From assembly GCA_965223845.1 (NCBI GenBank), contig CBDCXR010000004.1, positions 1,536,001 to 1,600,000 on the forward strand: a stretch of 64,000 nucleotides of DNA. Reading direction: 5' to 3'. The DNA is from Planctomycetota bacterium. Its GTDB lineage: Bacteria; Planctomycetota; UBA8108; SXIK01. Below, in pieces: positions 37,303 through 46,560 of this stretch; position 1 is the stretch's first letter; each line of letters opens with the position of its first letter. Made by a program: the position numbers and the translations under genes. The notes under the pieces are model-generated. The model ran no database searches. It was not told where the DNA came from and saw only the letters and a list, made by a program, of their open reading frames with translations.

Positions 37303-38685
37303 ATGAGGCGGATCGACATCCGGACGCGAGCTCGGTCGAACCCCGAAGGGGGAACGCGCCACCGCCGCCATCGTGCGCGAGCGTTCGGCGCGGCGGCGGC
37401 GCTTCGACGACGATCCGTCGGATTCACGCTCGCCGAGCTCCTCACGGTCATCGGCATCGTCGCGATCATCGGCACCCTCGGAACGGGAGCGTTCCACGTT
37501 GCTCGCCGGAGCTACGCGCTCAACGCGACGGCAGGAGAGCTGCAGGCCGTATTGCGAGCGGCGCGAAACTCCGCGCTTCATGCGGGCAGCCCGGCGTTCG
37601 TCGTCGTAGACCCGGTCGAGAGAAGCGCGCGCGCCTACGTGTACGACCCGGTCGGTGAGTGGAGCTTCGACGAAACTCCGAACTCGTTCTCGGTTCGGCG
37701 CGAGAAGGAAGTTCGGACGAGCGCCGTATCGGGAAAGGTCGGACGGGGTCGATCGTTCGCGGGCGGTGGCCATATCGATTGCGGGAACTTACCGCAGTTT
37801 CAGCTTCGTGACTCGATTCTCATCGAGGCGTGGATCCGCCACCGCGAGTTCCGAACGATTCCCCCCGACCGCCGGGTGAAGGATCGACGCCGCCGCCTCG
37901 AGAGGCGACGAACGCCGGCGCGCGCGGCGCCCGACGCGTCCTTCGCGATCGTCGAGAAGGCCGGTGCCTACTCGCTTGCGCTTTCGAAGAAAGGGCGATT
38001 GCGCGGCTCGATCGGAAACTACACGGTCGAGACGACGGACGCCGTCGTTCCTCCCGGTCGCTGGATCTTCGTGAGCCTTAGGTACGACGGCGAGGAGATC
38101 GACCTTCGCTCCGAGGGCGTTCCGCGCCGTACGCGGCCGTTCGCGGGAGCTGCCGGACTAACGGGCCTCGGATCGATCGCCGGTGCGCGCTCCGAAGCGT
38201 CGAGCTCAACGCAGCCGGCTCGCGCGAGTGCGAAGTCGAAAGTCCCCAGCTTCGCCCCCGTCACGAGCGCTCCGCTGACGATTTCTTCGGCCACCTCTCC
38301 GTTCAACGGCGAAATCGACGAAGTGCGCGTGGCTGGATCTGTCGAGCCGGTCGAGTTCACGTGGTCGGATGGCGAGCTCATCCTCGGGTGGAAGAAGGTG
38401 ATTCGGTTCGATCGGCGCGGCCACCTCGACGGGCGGAGTCACGACGGCGAGGTGCGGCTTGTTCTCGTCGAGCTGCCCGACTTCGCATCACGCGGCACAA
38501 GCACGTCGGTGGTCGACTTCGGGGGAACGTTCGACGATTGGCGCGCACGATGGAAGGAGCCGCCGCCGGACCTCACCGAAGAAAACGAGGAGAGGAAGTT
38601 GCTCGCGGTGTACGCGAGCGCGCGGAAGATCGCGATCTCGATCGGACGGCTGGGCACGATTCGCTGGGAGGAGCTCGAGCCATGA
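37303..38685 (+). CDS. GspH/FimU-like minor pilin with inserted LamG/ConA-like domain
   Basis: G|FTLAELLTVIG, L...LRAARNSA; LamG motifs (GEWSFDE, GKVGRG, ILIEAWI, GRWIFV.LRYDG, FNGEIDEVRV); IRFDRRG and ISIGRLGTI GspH-type C-terminus. Confidence 0.82.
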   Translation: MRRIDIRTRARSNPEGGTRHRRHRARAFGAAAALRRRSVGFTLAELLTVIGIVAIIGTLGTGAFHVARRSYALNATAGELQAVLRAARNSALHAGSPAFVVVDPVERSARAYVYDPVGEWSFDETPNSFSVRREKEVRTSAVSGKVGRGRSFAGGGHIDCGNLPQFQLRDSILIEAWIRHREFRTIPPDRRVKDRRRRLERRRTPARAAPDASFAIVEKAGAYSLALSKKGRLRGSIGNYTVETTDAVVPPGRWIFVSLRYDGEEIDLRSEGVPRRTRPFAGAAGLTGLGSIAGARSEASSSTQPARASAKSKVPSFAPVTSAPLTISSATSPFNGEIDEVRVAGSVEPVEFTWSDGELILGWKKVIRFDRRGHLDGRSHDGEVRLVLVELPDFASRGTSTSVVDFGGTFDDWRARWKEPPPDLTEENEERKLLAVYASARKIAISIGRLGTIRWEELEP

Positions 38686-41600
38686 ACCGTGCGTGCTGCG
38701 AGGAACGACAAGTCTCGCCGGCGGAACGAGAGAGCTTCGACGCGCGCGGCGTAGCGCTCATCATGGTCCTTCTCGTCCTCACGACACTCGCCTTGCTCGG
38801 CGTTCCCTTCGTCGTTTCGATGACCCTTCAAGACCGTGAGAGCCATCACTTCGCGGGACGAGTGAGCGCGCGGCTCGCGGCCGAGGCGGCGAGGAATCAC
38901 GCGATCGCAAAGCTGCAGAACACTGTCTACTCGGTGGAATGGGAGCGAGAAGCGAACGCGCTCGAGCCCGAGCGCCCGAAGGGCAGTCGAAAGCGCGGCA
39001 CGACGGTCGGCCGGCGCCGGTTCGGAGCGGAGTCGAAGCTCGGCTCGCTCGATCGAGTGCGGAGAAACGTCGTCCGCGGCGATCTCGGGGAAACGAAGCG
39101 CCGGCTGAGCGACGGCCTCCGCCGCGCCGCGAGACTGCGGGGCGACGACGAGACCAACGAGAACCCGAACGCGCTCCCCGAATACATGCGGCTCTCCGAG
39201 AAGGGGCCGTCGGAGCGCGAGGTCGACTCGTCATCGGAGATCGAAACCGAACTGCCGGAGAAGATCCCGCTCCCGGCGCGAGCCGAGAGCACCAAGGGAC
39301 CTGCGGCAAAAAAACCTGCGAGTACTCGCACGACCGTCGGCCCGAGTCCGGCGGCGACCGTTAGCCTGCGCGGAGGCGTGTACGCCGACGCACGCGTGAC
39401 GGACGAACAAGGGAAGATCAATGTCAACACGGCGCCGCCGCCGGTCATCGCCGGCGTACTCGGCGTCTCGGAGCTCGCGTACGAGCTCGGGCCGGAGGAG
39501 ACCCGCCTTTCGCTCGTCGACGCGAGTGAGTTCCGCGGCGACCACGACGCCAAATCGATCGACGGAGCCGTCGTCCTCTGGGATCCAGGGGGCGGTGGGA
39601 TGGAGGTCGTGACCTATCGGCGAAAGATCGGTACGCGACTCGAGGATTGCTTCCGCGGTGCGTTTTTCTCGCTTCCCTTCCGCCGGGGTCGGTTCCGTGA
39701 AGGCACGATGGTGTTCGACCTTCGCGGCTGGAAGATCGCGTACCACCGTCTCTGGGCGCGACGGGAGGGAGGCTTCCATCCGGGTGACCTCACGCGGTTT
39801 CGGACGCTCGAGGAGCTGCGCGACATCGCGAACTGGCAGGTCGCGTCGCTCTTCTTGGGTCGTTTCAGCGGTCGCGGTCTCACCGCCGCGTTTCTTCGCG
39901 AGAACGGCATCAACGTCAAGAAGGTGAGTGAGCTCGGACTCGACCCCTTTCTCTTCGTCGACGAGGTCGAGACGGACGATCGAGAACGCAAGGCACGGCT
40001 TCGGACGGCGGAGCGAGAGCTCAGGCGGCTTCGATTCTCGGCGAATCTGGTGAAGCGACTGAAGAAAGCTCGCGGCGGCGACGTCGTCGTCGAGCTCGCG
40101 GCGCGACTGACCGGCGCGACAAGTGAAGACGTGAAGACGCTCGAGAAGGCCGTTGAACAATCACTTGCCGGCGGGAAACGCCAAGTGCCGAAATTTCCGC
40201 GCGGCTACGTCCGACGCTGCCTCGAAGATCTCGCCGCCGCATACAACACCGAGGGCATCGAAACGCTCCTTCCCGGCGACGTCGAGCGGCTCCGTCCGTA
40301 CCTCACTTGCCACTCGTGGGTACCGGTCACGTGGTCCGAGGGACAAGCCCTCCTCAGTGACCTCGTCGCCGGCGGAGACCAGGACGCACGCCTTCCGCGT
40401 GCGAGCGAATTCAACGCCGGAACGATCGTTCGCATTCGCAGCCGGAAGGATCCGACTTACCTCGAGTTCAATGAAGTGAGCTCGAGTGGGCCGAATGGCA
40501 TCACCCTCGCGTTTCCGGTTCGTCGCACGCTGCGGGCGTACGACGCGTATCTGCAGGCGCTTCAGCGCCACCCGGTGAACGTAAACACGGCTTCTCGGCG
40601 CGTCCTTCGGGCTGCGCTCGCGGGGTTGAAAGGAGAAGACAAGAAGGCCCGCGTCACGCTCTACGAAGCCGACGGAATCGCCGGACGGATCGTCGGCGCG
40701 CGGCCGCTCGACGGTTTCGCCGCCCTCTATCGGCTTTTCGACGAGGCCGGGGAGAACGACGACGCGCTCGACGACGAGGATGTCAAAGTCCTCCTCACGA
40801 ACGCAGTCCAGCCAACGCACGCTTCGCTCCGGGCGTCCTCGATCGGGTTCACGTTTCGAACGGGGGACGTCTACTCGATCGACTCCCGGGCCGTGGTCCG
40901 CGCGCCGAGCGGACGATCGGTGGCTCAGGTTCAGTTCCGAGATCTGTGGGAGGCGTCCGCACCCGGCACTCGCTCGATCGGGCTCCTCACGCAGAGGGAT
41001 TTCAGCGAAGGAAGCTACCTCGTCGACCCGCTCCTCGGCGGGCGATTTCCCGATTTTCATCACCGGTTCCTCCTCGCGTTCAGCGGAACGAGAGGGCGGT
41101 GGCTCGATTCGCGTCCGCTGGTTCTTCACCGGGCGCCGCGGCACTTTGCCGCCGGGGACTTGGGTAGCCTGCGGCTTCTTCACTCAGAGAGTGTGGAGGG
41201 ACCGCCCGGGTTCGTCATCGATCGGATCCAGCACTTCCGGGACACCTACGACGGCCTCGAGCTCGAGGCGGGCGAGCCGTACGCGATCGCGTTCGGCGCC
41301 GGTACGAGCGATCTTTCGACCGTTCCCGCGGGGATCGAGTTTTGGCTCCGCATGTCCACCTACCCGACCGAGCGCTCCGTCGACGGTCACATGGTGCTCT
41401 TCTCGACGGGGGACGATCCCGAGCGGAACCGCATCGCCCTCCTCTACGATCAACGTCGCGGCGCGTTTCTTCTTCGAGTCTACGACGCTTCGCTTCCCGA
41501 CCCGTCGATGCGGAGTGTCCGCGACGGAGGACCGTACCTGGAGATCTCCGCGTTCCGGCCACTCGAACTCGAGACGTGGTACCAGATCCGCGCGGTCTGG

Positions 41601-44600
41601 GACGGGACCTACGGTGGTGGGTGTCAGCTTTTCATCGACGGAGTGCCCGCGGGCGAAAACAACCTCTCGGCCGAGCTGATCAGCGCGATCCCCGCGCCGG
41701 GCGAGCGCGACGCGCGGGCGACGTCGCTCGCGGTTCGCAACGGCGAGCGCTTTCCGCGCGAGGGGGCCGTCGTCCTCGGGGGCGAGATCTTCGAGTACGT
41801 ACGAAGCGGAAACTCGCTTCAGATTCGGCGCGAGCCGAAGTCTTCGTGGCAGCTCCAGCCCGACAAGCTGAACGACGCGATCCCCGCGCTCGGAAACCGG
41901 GCGCCGCGGCTCTGGTACCGCGATCTCGATGCGGTGAAGATCGGTCCCGGCGGCGGGCGAATTCCGGCGCCACCGGACGAAGACCGTCCGCGCGGGAGCG
42001 GGGGCACGGGCGGTAGCGGCGGGACCGGAGGACGGGGGAAGCGCGAGGGCGAGCCGTCCCTCACGGCGAAGGCACTCGGGCAGACGGTACCTCCCGGCGG
42101 AGGGGGAGCGGGACCCCGCGGTCCCGGAGGAACCGGGCCCGGCGGCGGCCTACCCGGCGGCGGGGGGCCGGGGGCCACACTTCCCCTCGATCGAGTCGAC
42201 GTCATGCGAGGTCCGTGGAACCGGCGCGGATCGACCGGTGCGGCGCACGGCGCCGGGACGCAGGTGTCCCTCCACGGTTACTCTCTCAAAATCCGGCGTA
42301 AGCTCCGCCGATCGAACGGCGAAGAAGCCCAGACGGACGGACTGGTCTGGGGGCGCGGAGGGCGTCAGCTCGGCGACCCGCTCCCCGCGTTCCATTTCCC
42401 TCCTGGCACGCACACGATCCTTCACTACGAGATCGGACCCGGTGAGGTGGGGCCGAGCCAAGAGCGATATCTGATTCCGCTCTTTCACCTCGACGACGCC
42501 GCGGGGTTTTGGGACGACTCGTTTCTCGGTGGATACGGCTCGAGCCACGCGATGGGCAATCTGAGCGTCGCGCTTCCGGGAGCGGCCGGGCGCGTCGCCT
42601 CGGACTACTACCAGAGCCGGGGAATCGTGCTCGTGTCGAACGTCCCGGAGTTCGAGTTCGAGATCGTGGGGAACGGCAGTGCGATCATGACTTGGAGCTC
42701 GAGCGGATCGTTCCCGCTCTTCTATGAGAAGGTGCCGCTTCCGCCTCAGTACGCACAGGCACTCGGCGCTGATCCGCAGGTGCAAGTGAACGGCTCCATC
42801 ATGGCGCTCAAGATCGTCGGCGGGTATGCGGGAAGTCAAGCCGACGGCACCGGCGCGACGGCGTACGACCGCATCCTCACGAAGACCTGGCAGGCGGTTC
42901 AGGAAGCGGAGAAGTTCCTCGCGCAGTTTCCCGGGCAGTCGGGAAAGCTGCGTTGGCGTTTCGGTTACCCCGTGGTCCAGCGGAGCCTGATGGCTGACGG
43001 CTCGATTTCCGACCGCTACCCGCCGACCGGGATCCTTGAGCTGCGCGGAACGCCTGCGCCGTGGGAAACGTGGCGACGGGGGTCAGCGGGGCAGTCGGTG
43101 TTCGGCCGGCACCCGGAAGATGTCGTCGAATGGATTCGGTACGTCGACATCACGCCGCATCCGAGCGGCGGAGAGCTCTTCGTCGGGCGTATTTCGCGCC
43201 GTAGCAACTTTCGCGGCTATCCCGAACGCGATCTCGAGCTGAAGCGGCAGCTCGATCACGAACGAAGCGAGCCGCTGCGACTCGTCATGGAGCTCTCCGA
43301 GGGCGGCGCCGGTTACGGCGACTACGTCACGATCGCGACGAACGATCCGCTCAAGTACGAACCGAAAATCTACCGCGTGTTCAAATCGTTCGAGCACACC
43401 GACGGCAGATTCTTCGTCTCGCTCTACGAGACGAACTCAGCCGGTCAAGACATTCCGTCCGCGATCCAGGCGTTTCGCTACGACTACACCGCCGAAGAGA
43501 ATCCGCGGCTGGTTAAGTTCCCTTCGTGGACCCTACCTCAGATCGGGACGGGGACACTCACGTTTTTCTCCGAAGGGCAGGCGGCTTCTTCGTCGATTCG
43601 TCGCCGAACGGGCAGCAGTGTCCGCAATCGTCGCCAGCGGCGGAGCGAGGACGAGCCGACGGGAATCACGATCGACGAGATCAAGCGTTACTACAATCCT
43701 AGCGTGCCGTCGAGCCAGGCCGGCGGTTCGAGCGTTCGTTTCGTCGTGGCGCCGCTTCCGCTCCGGCTGGAGCGATCCGGCAGCAACCGGGCGATGGTCT
43801 CGGGATCGATTCCCGCGGGAAAGGCGATCACTCCATCGAGTCCGCTCGAGGTGCTCGTTGTCTCGCGGAGCACGGGAGGCGTCGTTCTGTTCGCCCAAGG
43901 CCAGAAGGAGGGCCTCCTTCGCATCGGCGACGAGCTCTTCTACTGGGAAGATCCGCGCGGCGATGGCGGCGAAGGGACGACTCAGGGAGTCGGAGGGCAG
44001 GGAGGTCAAGGGGGCCAGGGCGGGCAGGCCGGAGGGGGACGACTCACCGGGATTCGTCGCCCGACGAGCAACCCGAATCAAAACCAGAATCAGCAGAACA
44101 CGATTCAGCTCTACCGGAACGAACGCGACCCGCTGGCGCGTATGCTCGTGATCCCGCGAGTCACGGCATCGGTGAGTGGTCACTTCGAGCCGGAGGGATT
44201 TGCGCGGATTCAAGGCAATGACGCGGAGATCTCGCGCTTTTACGAGACGTTCTACTACAACCGATTTGGTGGGGGGAGCTTTTCGAATTGCCTCGGCGGG
44301 CAGTTCAACACTCCGCTCCTTCTTCAGAGCTCGAAGCTCCATCGCGGCGCGCCCATCGTCAACGTCACGCGGCGGATCCGCCTCGTCGCGCGGAGTCTTC
44401 TCGGCACCGAGCGCCGCACGCACTCGCTCGGGGACGCGGTGTCCTTCGTCCCCTACGTCCGTGCGAGCCCGATCAGCGGCCCGATGACGCACGATGGAAT
44501 TCGACTGAAGCGCGCGGAGCTGTTTCCCTCCCCGGGCTACCTCATTCTCGATGGCGGGCACCCGACCGCGCCCTGGGAGATCGCGGCTCATCTCGGGGCG

Positions 44601-45167
44601 CGAGGCGAGGGAGTGCTCGCGCGACCGCGCAGCGAGACGGGTGAAGGGATCTTCCGCGCCGCCTTCGGTACGCCGCAGCGTCCCCTCTCCCGCGACCACA
44701 TCGCGATCGAGCTCCCCTTTCGCTATCCCGACCGCTACCAAGGTGGGATCGACAGCGAGGAGCTCGCGTACTTGCAGAAGAGTTACCGCATCCCGGGGGC
44801 GCGTTGGCGCGCGCTCGAATGGCGGGAGCGAGAAACGGACCTGCGCGACCGTCTCGTCGACCTCGTCGTCGTCGCTCGCTTCGACGGCGCGCCCGAGTGG
44901 GACGCGGAGATCACGAACGAACCGGGCGGACTCTATCTCTTCGAGGACAAGAGCCGGAGTCGCCGGGAAGACCCTCGCTTCGAGCTCGACCGCTTCGCCG
45001 ACGAGATGGAGATTCGCGTCTACTTCCGGTACCGCCCCGGGGCCTACCGCCGAGTGAACGAGGACGTGTGGTCGAACGATTGGAAACAGACTCCGATCCT
45101 CGATTTCCTCAAGATCGAGTACGAGAAGGCAGGAACGAATTTGCGCCATGAGATCCTTCCCTTCTGA
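38682..45167 (+). CDS. Giant (~2161 aa) GspK/PilX-like minor pilin with LamG and repeated beta modules
   Basis: RG|VALIMVLLVL (no Glu5, typical of K/PilX), ARLAAEAA..HA, DEQGKINVNTA and HPVNVNTAS GspK motifs, LamG (GIEFWLR...WYQIRAVWDG...LFIDG), Gly-rich linkers; ATG overlaps the upstream stop. Confidence 0.82.
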   Translation: MNRACCEERQVSPAERESFDARGVALIMVLLVLTTLALLGVPFVVSMTLQDRESHHFAGRVSARLAAEAARNHAIAKLQNTVYSVEWEREANALEPERPKGSRKRGTTVGRRRFGAESKLGSLDRVRRNVVRGDLGETKRRLSDGLRRAARLRGDDETNENPNALPEYMRLSEKGPSEREVDSSSEIETELPEKIPLPARAESTKGPAAKKPASTRTTVGPSPAATVSLRGGVYADARVTDEQGKINVNTAPPPVIAGVLGVSELAYELGPEETRLSLVDASEFRGDHDAKSIDGAVVLWDPGGGGMEVVTYRRKIGTRLEDCFRGAFFSLPFRRGRFREGTMVFDLRGWKIAYHRLWARREGGFHPGDLTRFRTLEELRDIANWQVASLFLGRFSGRGLTAAFLRENGINVKKVSELGLDPFLFVDEVETDDRERKARLRTAERELRRLRFSANLVKRLKKARGGDVVVELAARLTGATSEDVKTLEKAVEQSLAGGKRQVPKFPRGYVRRCLEDLAAAYNTEGIETLLPGDVERLRPYLTCHSWVPVTWSEGQALLSDLVAGGDQDARLPRASEFNAGTIVRIRSRKDPTYLEFNEVSSSGPNGITLAFPVRRTLRAYDAYLQALQRHPVNVNTASRRVLRAALAGLKGEDKKARVTLYEADGIAGRIVGARPLDGFAALYRLFDEAGENDDALDDEDVKVLLTNAVQPTHASLRASSIGFTFRTGDVYSIDSRAVVRAPSGRSVAQVQFRDLWEASAPGTRSIGLLTQRDFSEGSYLVDPLLGGRFPDFHHRFLLAFSGTRGRWLDSRPLVLHRAPRHFAAGDLGSLRLLHSESVEGPPGFVIDRIQHFRDTYDGLELEAGEPYAIAFGAGTSDLSTVPAGIEFWLRMSTYPTERSVDGHMVLFSTGDDPERNRIALLYDQRRGAFLLRVYDASLPDPSMRSVRDGGPYLEISAFRPLELETWYQIRAVWDGTYGGGCQLFIDGVPAGENNLSAELISAIPAPGERDARATSLAVRNGERFPREGAVVLGGEIFEYVRSGNSLQIRREPKSSWQLQPDKLNDAIPALGNRAPRLWYRDLDAVKIGPGGGRIPAPPDEDRPRGSGGTGGSGGTGGRGKREGEPSLTAKALGQTVPPGGGGAGPRGPGGTGPGGGLPGGGGPGATLPLDRVDVMRGPWNRRGSTGAAHGAGTQVSLHGYSLKIRRKLRRSNGEEAQTDGLVWGRGGRQLGDPLPAFHFPPGTHTILHYEIGPGEVGPSQERYLIPLFHLDDAAGFWDDSFLGGYGSSHAMGNLSVALPGAAGRVASDYYQSRGIVLVSNVPEFEFEIVGNGSAIMTWSSSGSFPLFYEKVPLPPQYAQALGADPQVQVNGSIMALKIVGGYAGSQADGTGATAYDRILTKTWQAVQEAEKFLAQFPGQSGKLRWRFGYPVVQRSLMADGSISDRYPPTGILELRGTPAPWETWRRGSAGQSVFGRHPEDVVEWIRYVDITPHPSGGELFVGRISRRSNFRGYPERDLELKRQLDHERSEPLRLVMELSEGGAGYGDYVTIATNDPLKYEPKIYRVFKSFEHTDGRFFVSLYETNSAGQDIPSAIQAFRYDYTAEENPRLVKFPSWTLPQIGTGTLTFFSEGQAASSSIRRRTGSSVRNRRQRRSEDEPTGITIDEIKRYYNPSVPSSQAGGSSVRFVVAPLPLRLERSGSNRAMVSGSIPAGKAITPSSPLEVLVVSRSTGGVVLFAQGQKEGLLRIGDELFYWEDPRGDGGEGTTQGVGGQGGQGGQGGQAGGGRLTGIRRPTSNPNQNQNQQNTIQLYRNERDPLARMLVIPRVTASVSGHFEPEGFARIQGNDAEISRFYETFYYNRFGGGSFSNCLGGQFNTPLLLQSSKLHRGAPIVNVTRRIRLVARSLLGTERRTHSLGDAVSFVPYVRASPISGPMTHDGIRLKRAELFPSPGYLILDGGHPTAPWEIAAHLGARGEGVLARPRSETGEGIFRAAFGTPQRPLSRDHIAIELPFRYPDRYQGGIDSEELAYLQKSYRIPGARWRALEWRERETDLRDRLVDLVVVARFDGAPEWDAEITNEPGGLYLFEDKSRSRREDPRFELDRFADEMEIRVYFRYRPGAYRRVNEDVWSNDWKQTPILDFLKIEYEKAGTNLRHEILPF

Positions 45168-46560
45168 CGCCGCCGCCGCGCGGCGGCGGAGGAGCGATCT
45201 CGGCGACCAGCGAAGCTTGGCGTGGTCGACTCCCGACGGCTCGACGTCGCAGCGGCTGCCTGGCTGCCGTTCGGCCGGTTACACGCTCATGGAGATCATC
45301 GTCGCGACGGGGCTCCTCGTCGCGCTCGGCGGGGGACTTGTGACTCTGCTCCGGGAGGGCGTGGGGATTTGGGAAACCGCGAGTGAGCGAGGCCGCGTGT
45401 ACGAGGAGGCGCGGGCGGTGCTCGACCTCATCACCGAGGACCTTCGGTCGACGGCGATTCGCGCGCACAGCTCGGCGGACGATTCGTGGATACGCTTCCT
45501 CGCGGATGCGGTTTCGCCCGAAACTCACGGCAAGCAGAAGTCGGAGTTCCGTGCCGTGCAGCGCCTTCGCTTCGTGCGGACGACAGGCGGTGAGATGGCC
45601 GACCCGATTCTCCGTCACGGAGGGAAGAAGCTCGCATCGCGCACTCCGCTTTACTACGACGGGTCGCCGCTCTCGGGGGCCGCGGAATCCGGACTTCTTC
45701 GTCCGGCGGCCGGGACGATGGAAGTTCTCTACATGCTCGATCCGCGTCAGGATTCACGCACTTTGTGGCGTGCGGTGCGAGCGCCGGTCGGAGGGGCGGA
45801 CTCTCTCTTCATCGACGCCAACGTCGCTCCCCCGCTAAAGGCCGTTACGCCGCCGAAGGCTCCGGCGAAACCCGCGGGCAGCGCAGCGACGAGCGCGACG
45901 GATCCCACGGCCAAGACGACGGCCCCGCCGCCCGCGCCGCCGCCGTTCTACTTGAGCCGCTTCGCGACGCCGGTCTCGGAACAGGTCCTCTATGTCGGCT
46001 TTCGTTTCTGGACTCGCAGCACGACGACGTGGGCGGAAACGGAGAGCACGAGCGCTCGAGCCGCGACCGTAGCCGTGGGGCCGAGCTGGTACTGGGACTC
46101 GACTCGCGCGCTTCTTCGACCGAAGTCGAGAACGCGAACGACGAGGACGGGATCCGTCGAGGACGCGAGCGACGACGTCTTTCCGGAGTTCGTCGAGGTC
46201 ACGCTCGCCCTCGAGCCGAAGGAAGAGGTGCTCGGCCCTCGGCTCACGGCGCCGATGACGGCACAAGATTCGACGATTCAGCTGTCGACGCCGCTCGATC
46301 TCCCGGAACGCGCCGGCGGAAACTACGTCCTCGTGGGGAACGAGTGGATCGCGGTCGAGCGCCTGTCGGGATCGACCCTCGCAGTGCGGAAAGGCGGACG
46401 CGGCGTGCGCGGCTCCACGCCATCGGCGCATTCGCGCGGGACCCGCGTCCGGAGCGGGATCGAGTTCCGGCGAGTGGTCGCCATTCCGAGCTACCGCACT
46501 GGGTCGGAGCCGCCGAAATCGACGCGACGCACGCTGCGAAAGCGAGGACGGGGACGATGA
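45148..46560 (+). CDS. GspJ/PilW-like minor pilin with inserted C-terminal beta module
   Basis: G|YTLMEIIVA, A..VLD.I.EDLRS, EVLY.L...LWRAV, FPEFVEVTL...FRRVVAIP. Confidence 0.8.
   Translation: MRSFPSDAAAARRRRSDLGDQRSLAWSTPDGSTSQRLPGCRSAGYTLMEIIVATGLLVALGGGLVTLLREGVGIWETASERGRVYEEARAVLDLITEDLRSTAIRAHSSADDSWIRFLADAVSPETHGKQKSEFRAVQRLRFVRTTGGEMADPILRHGGKKLASRTPLYYDGSPLSGAAESGLLRPAAGTMEVLYMLDPRQDSRTLWRAVRAPVGGADSLFIDANVAPPLKAVTPPKAPAKPAGSAATSATDPTAKTTAPPPAPPPFYLSRFATPVSEQVLYVGFRFWTRSTTTWAETESTSARAATVAVGPSWYWDSTRALLRPKSRTRTTRTGSVEDASDDVFPEFVEVTLALEPKEEVLGPRLTAPMTAQDSTIQLSTPLDLPERAGGNYVLVGNEWIAVERLSGSTLAVRKGGRGVRGSTPSAHSRGTRVRSGIEFRRVVAIPSYRTGSEPPKSTRRTLRKRGRGR

Noticed and set aside
36874-38681. 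Long upstream extensions of the H-like (36874) and K-like (38361) ORFs
   Set aside because: They overlap the preceding genes in other frames; prepilin cleavage motifs indicate starts at 37303 and 38682
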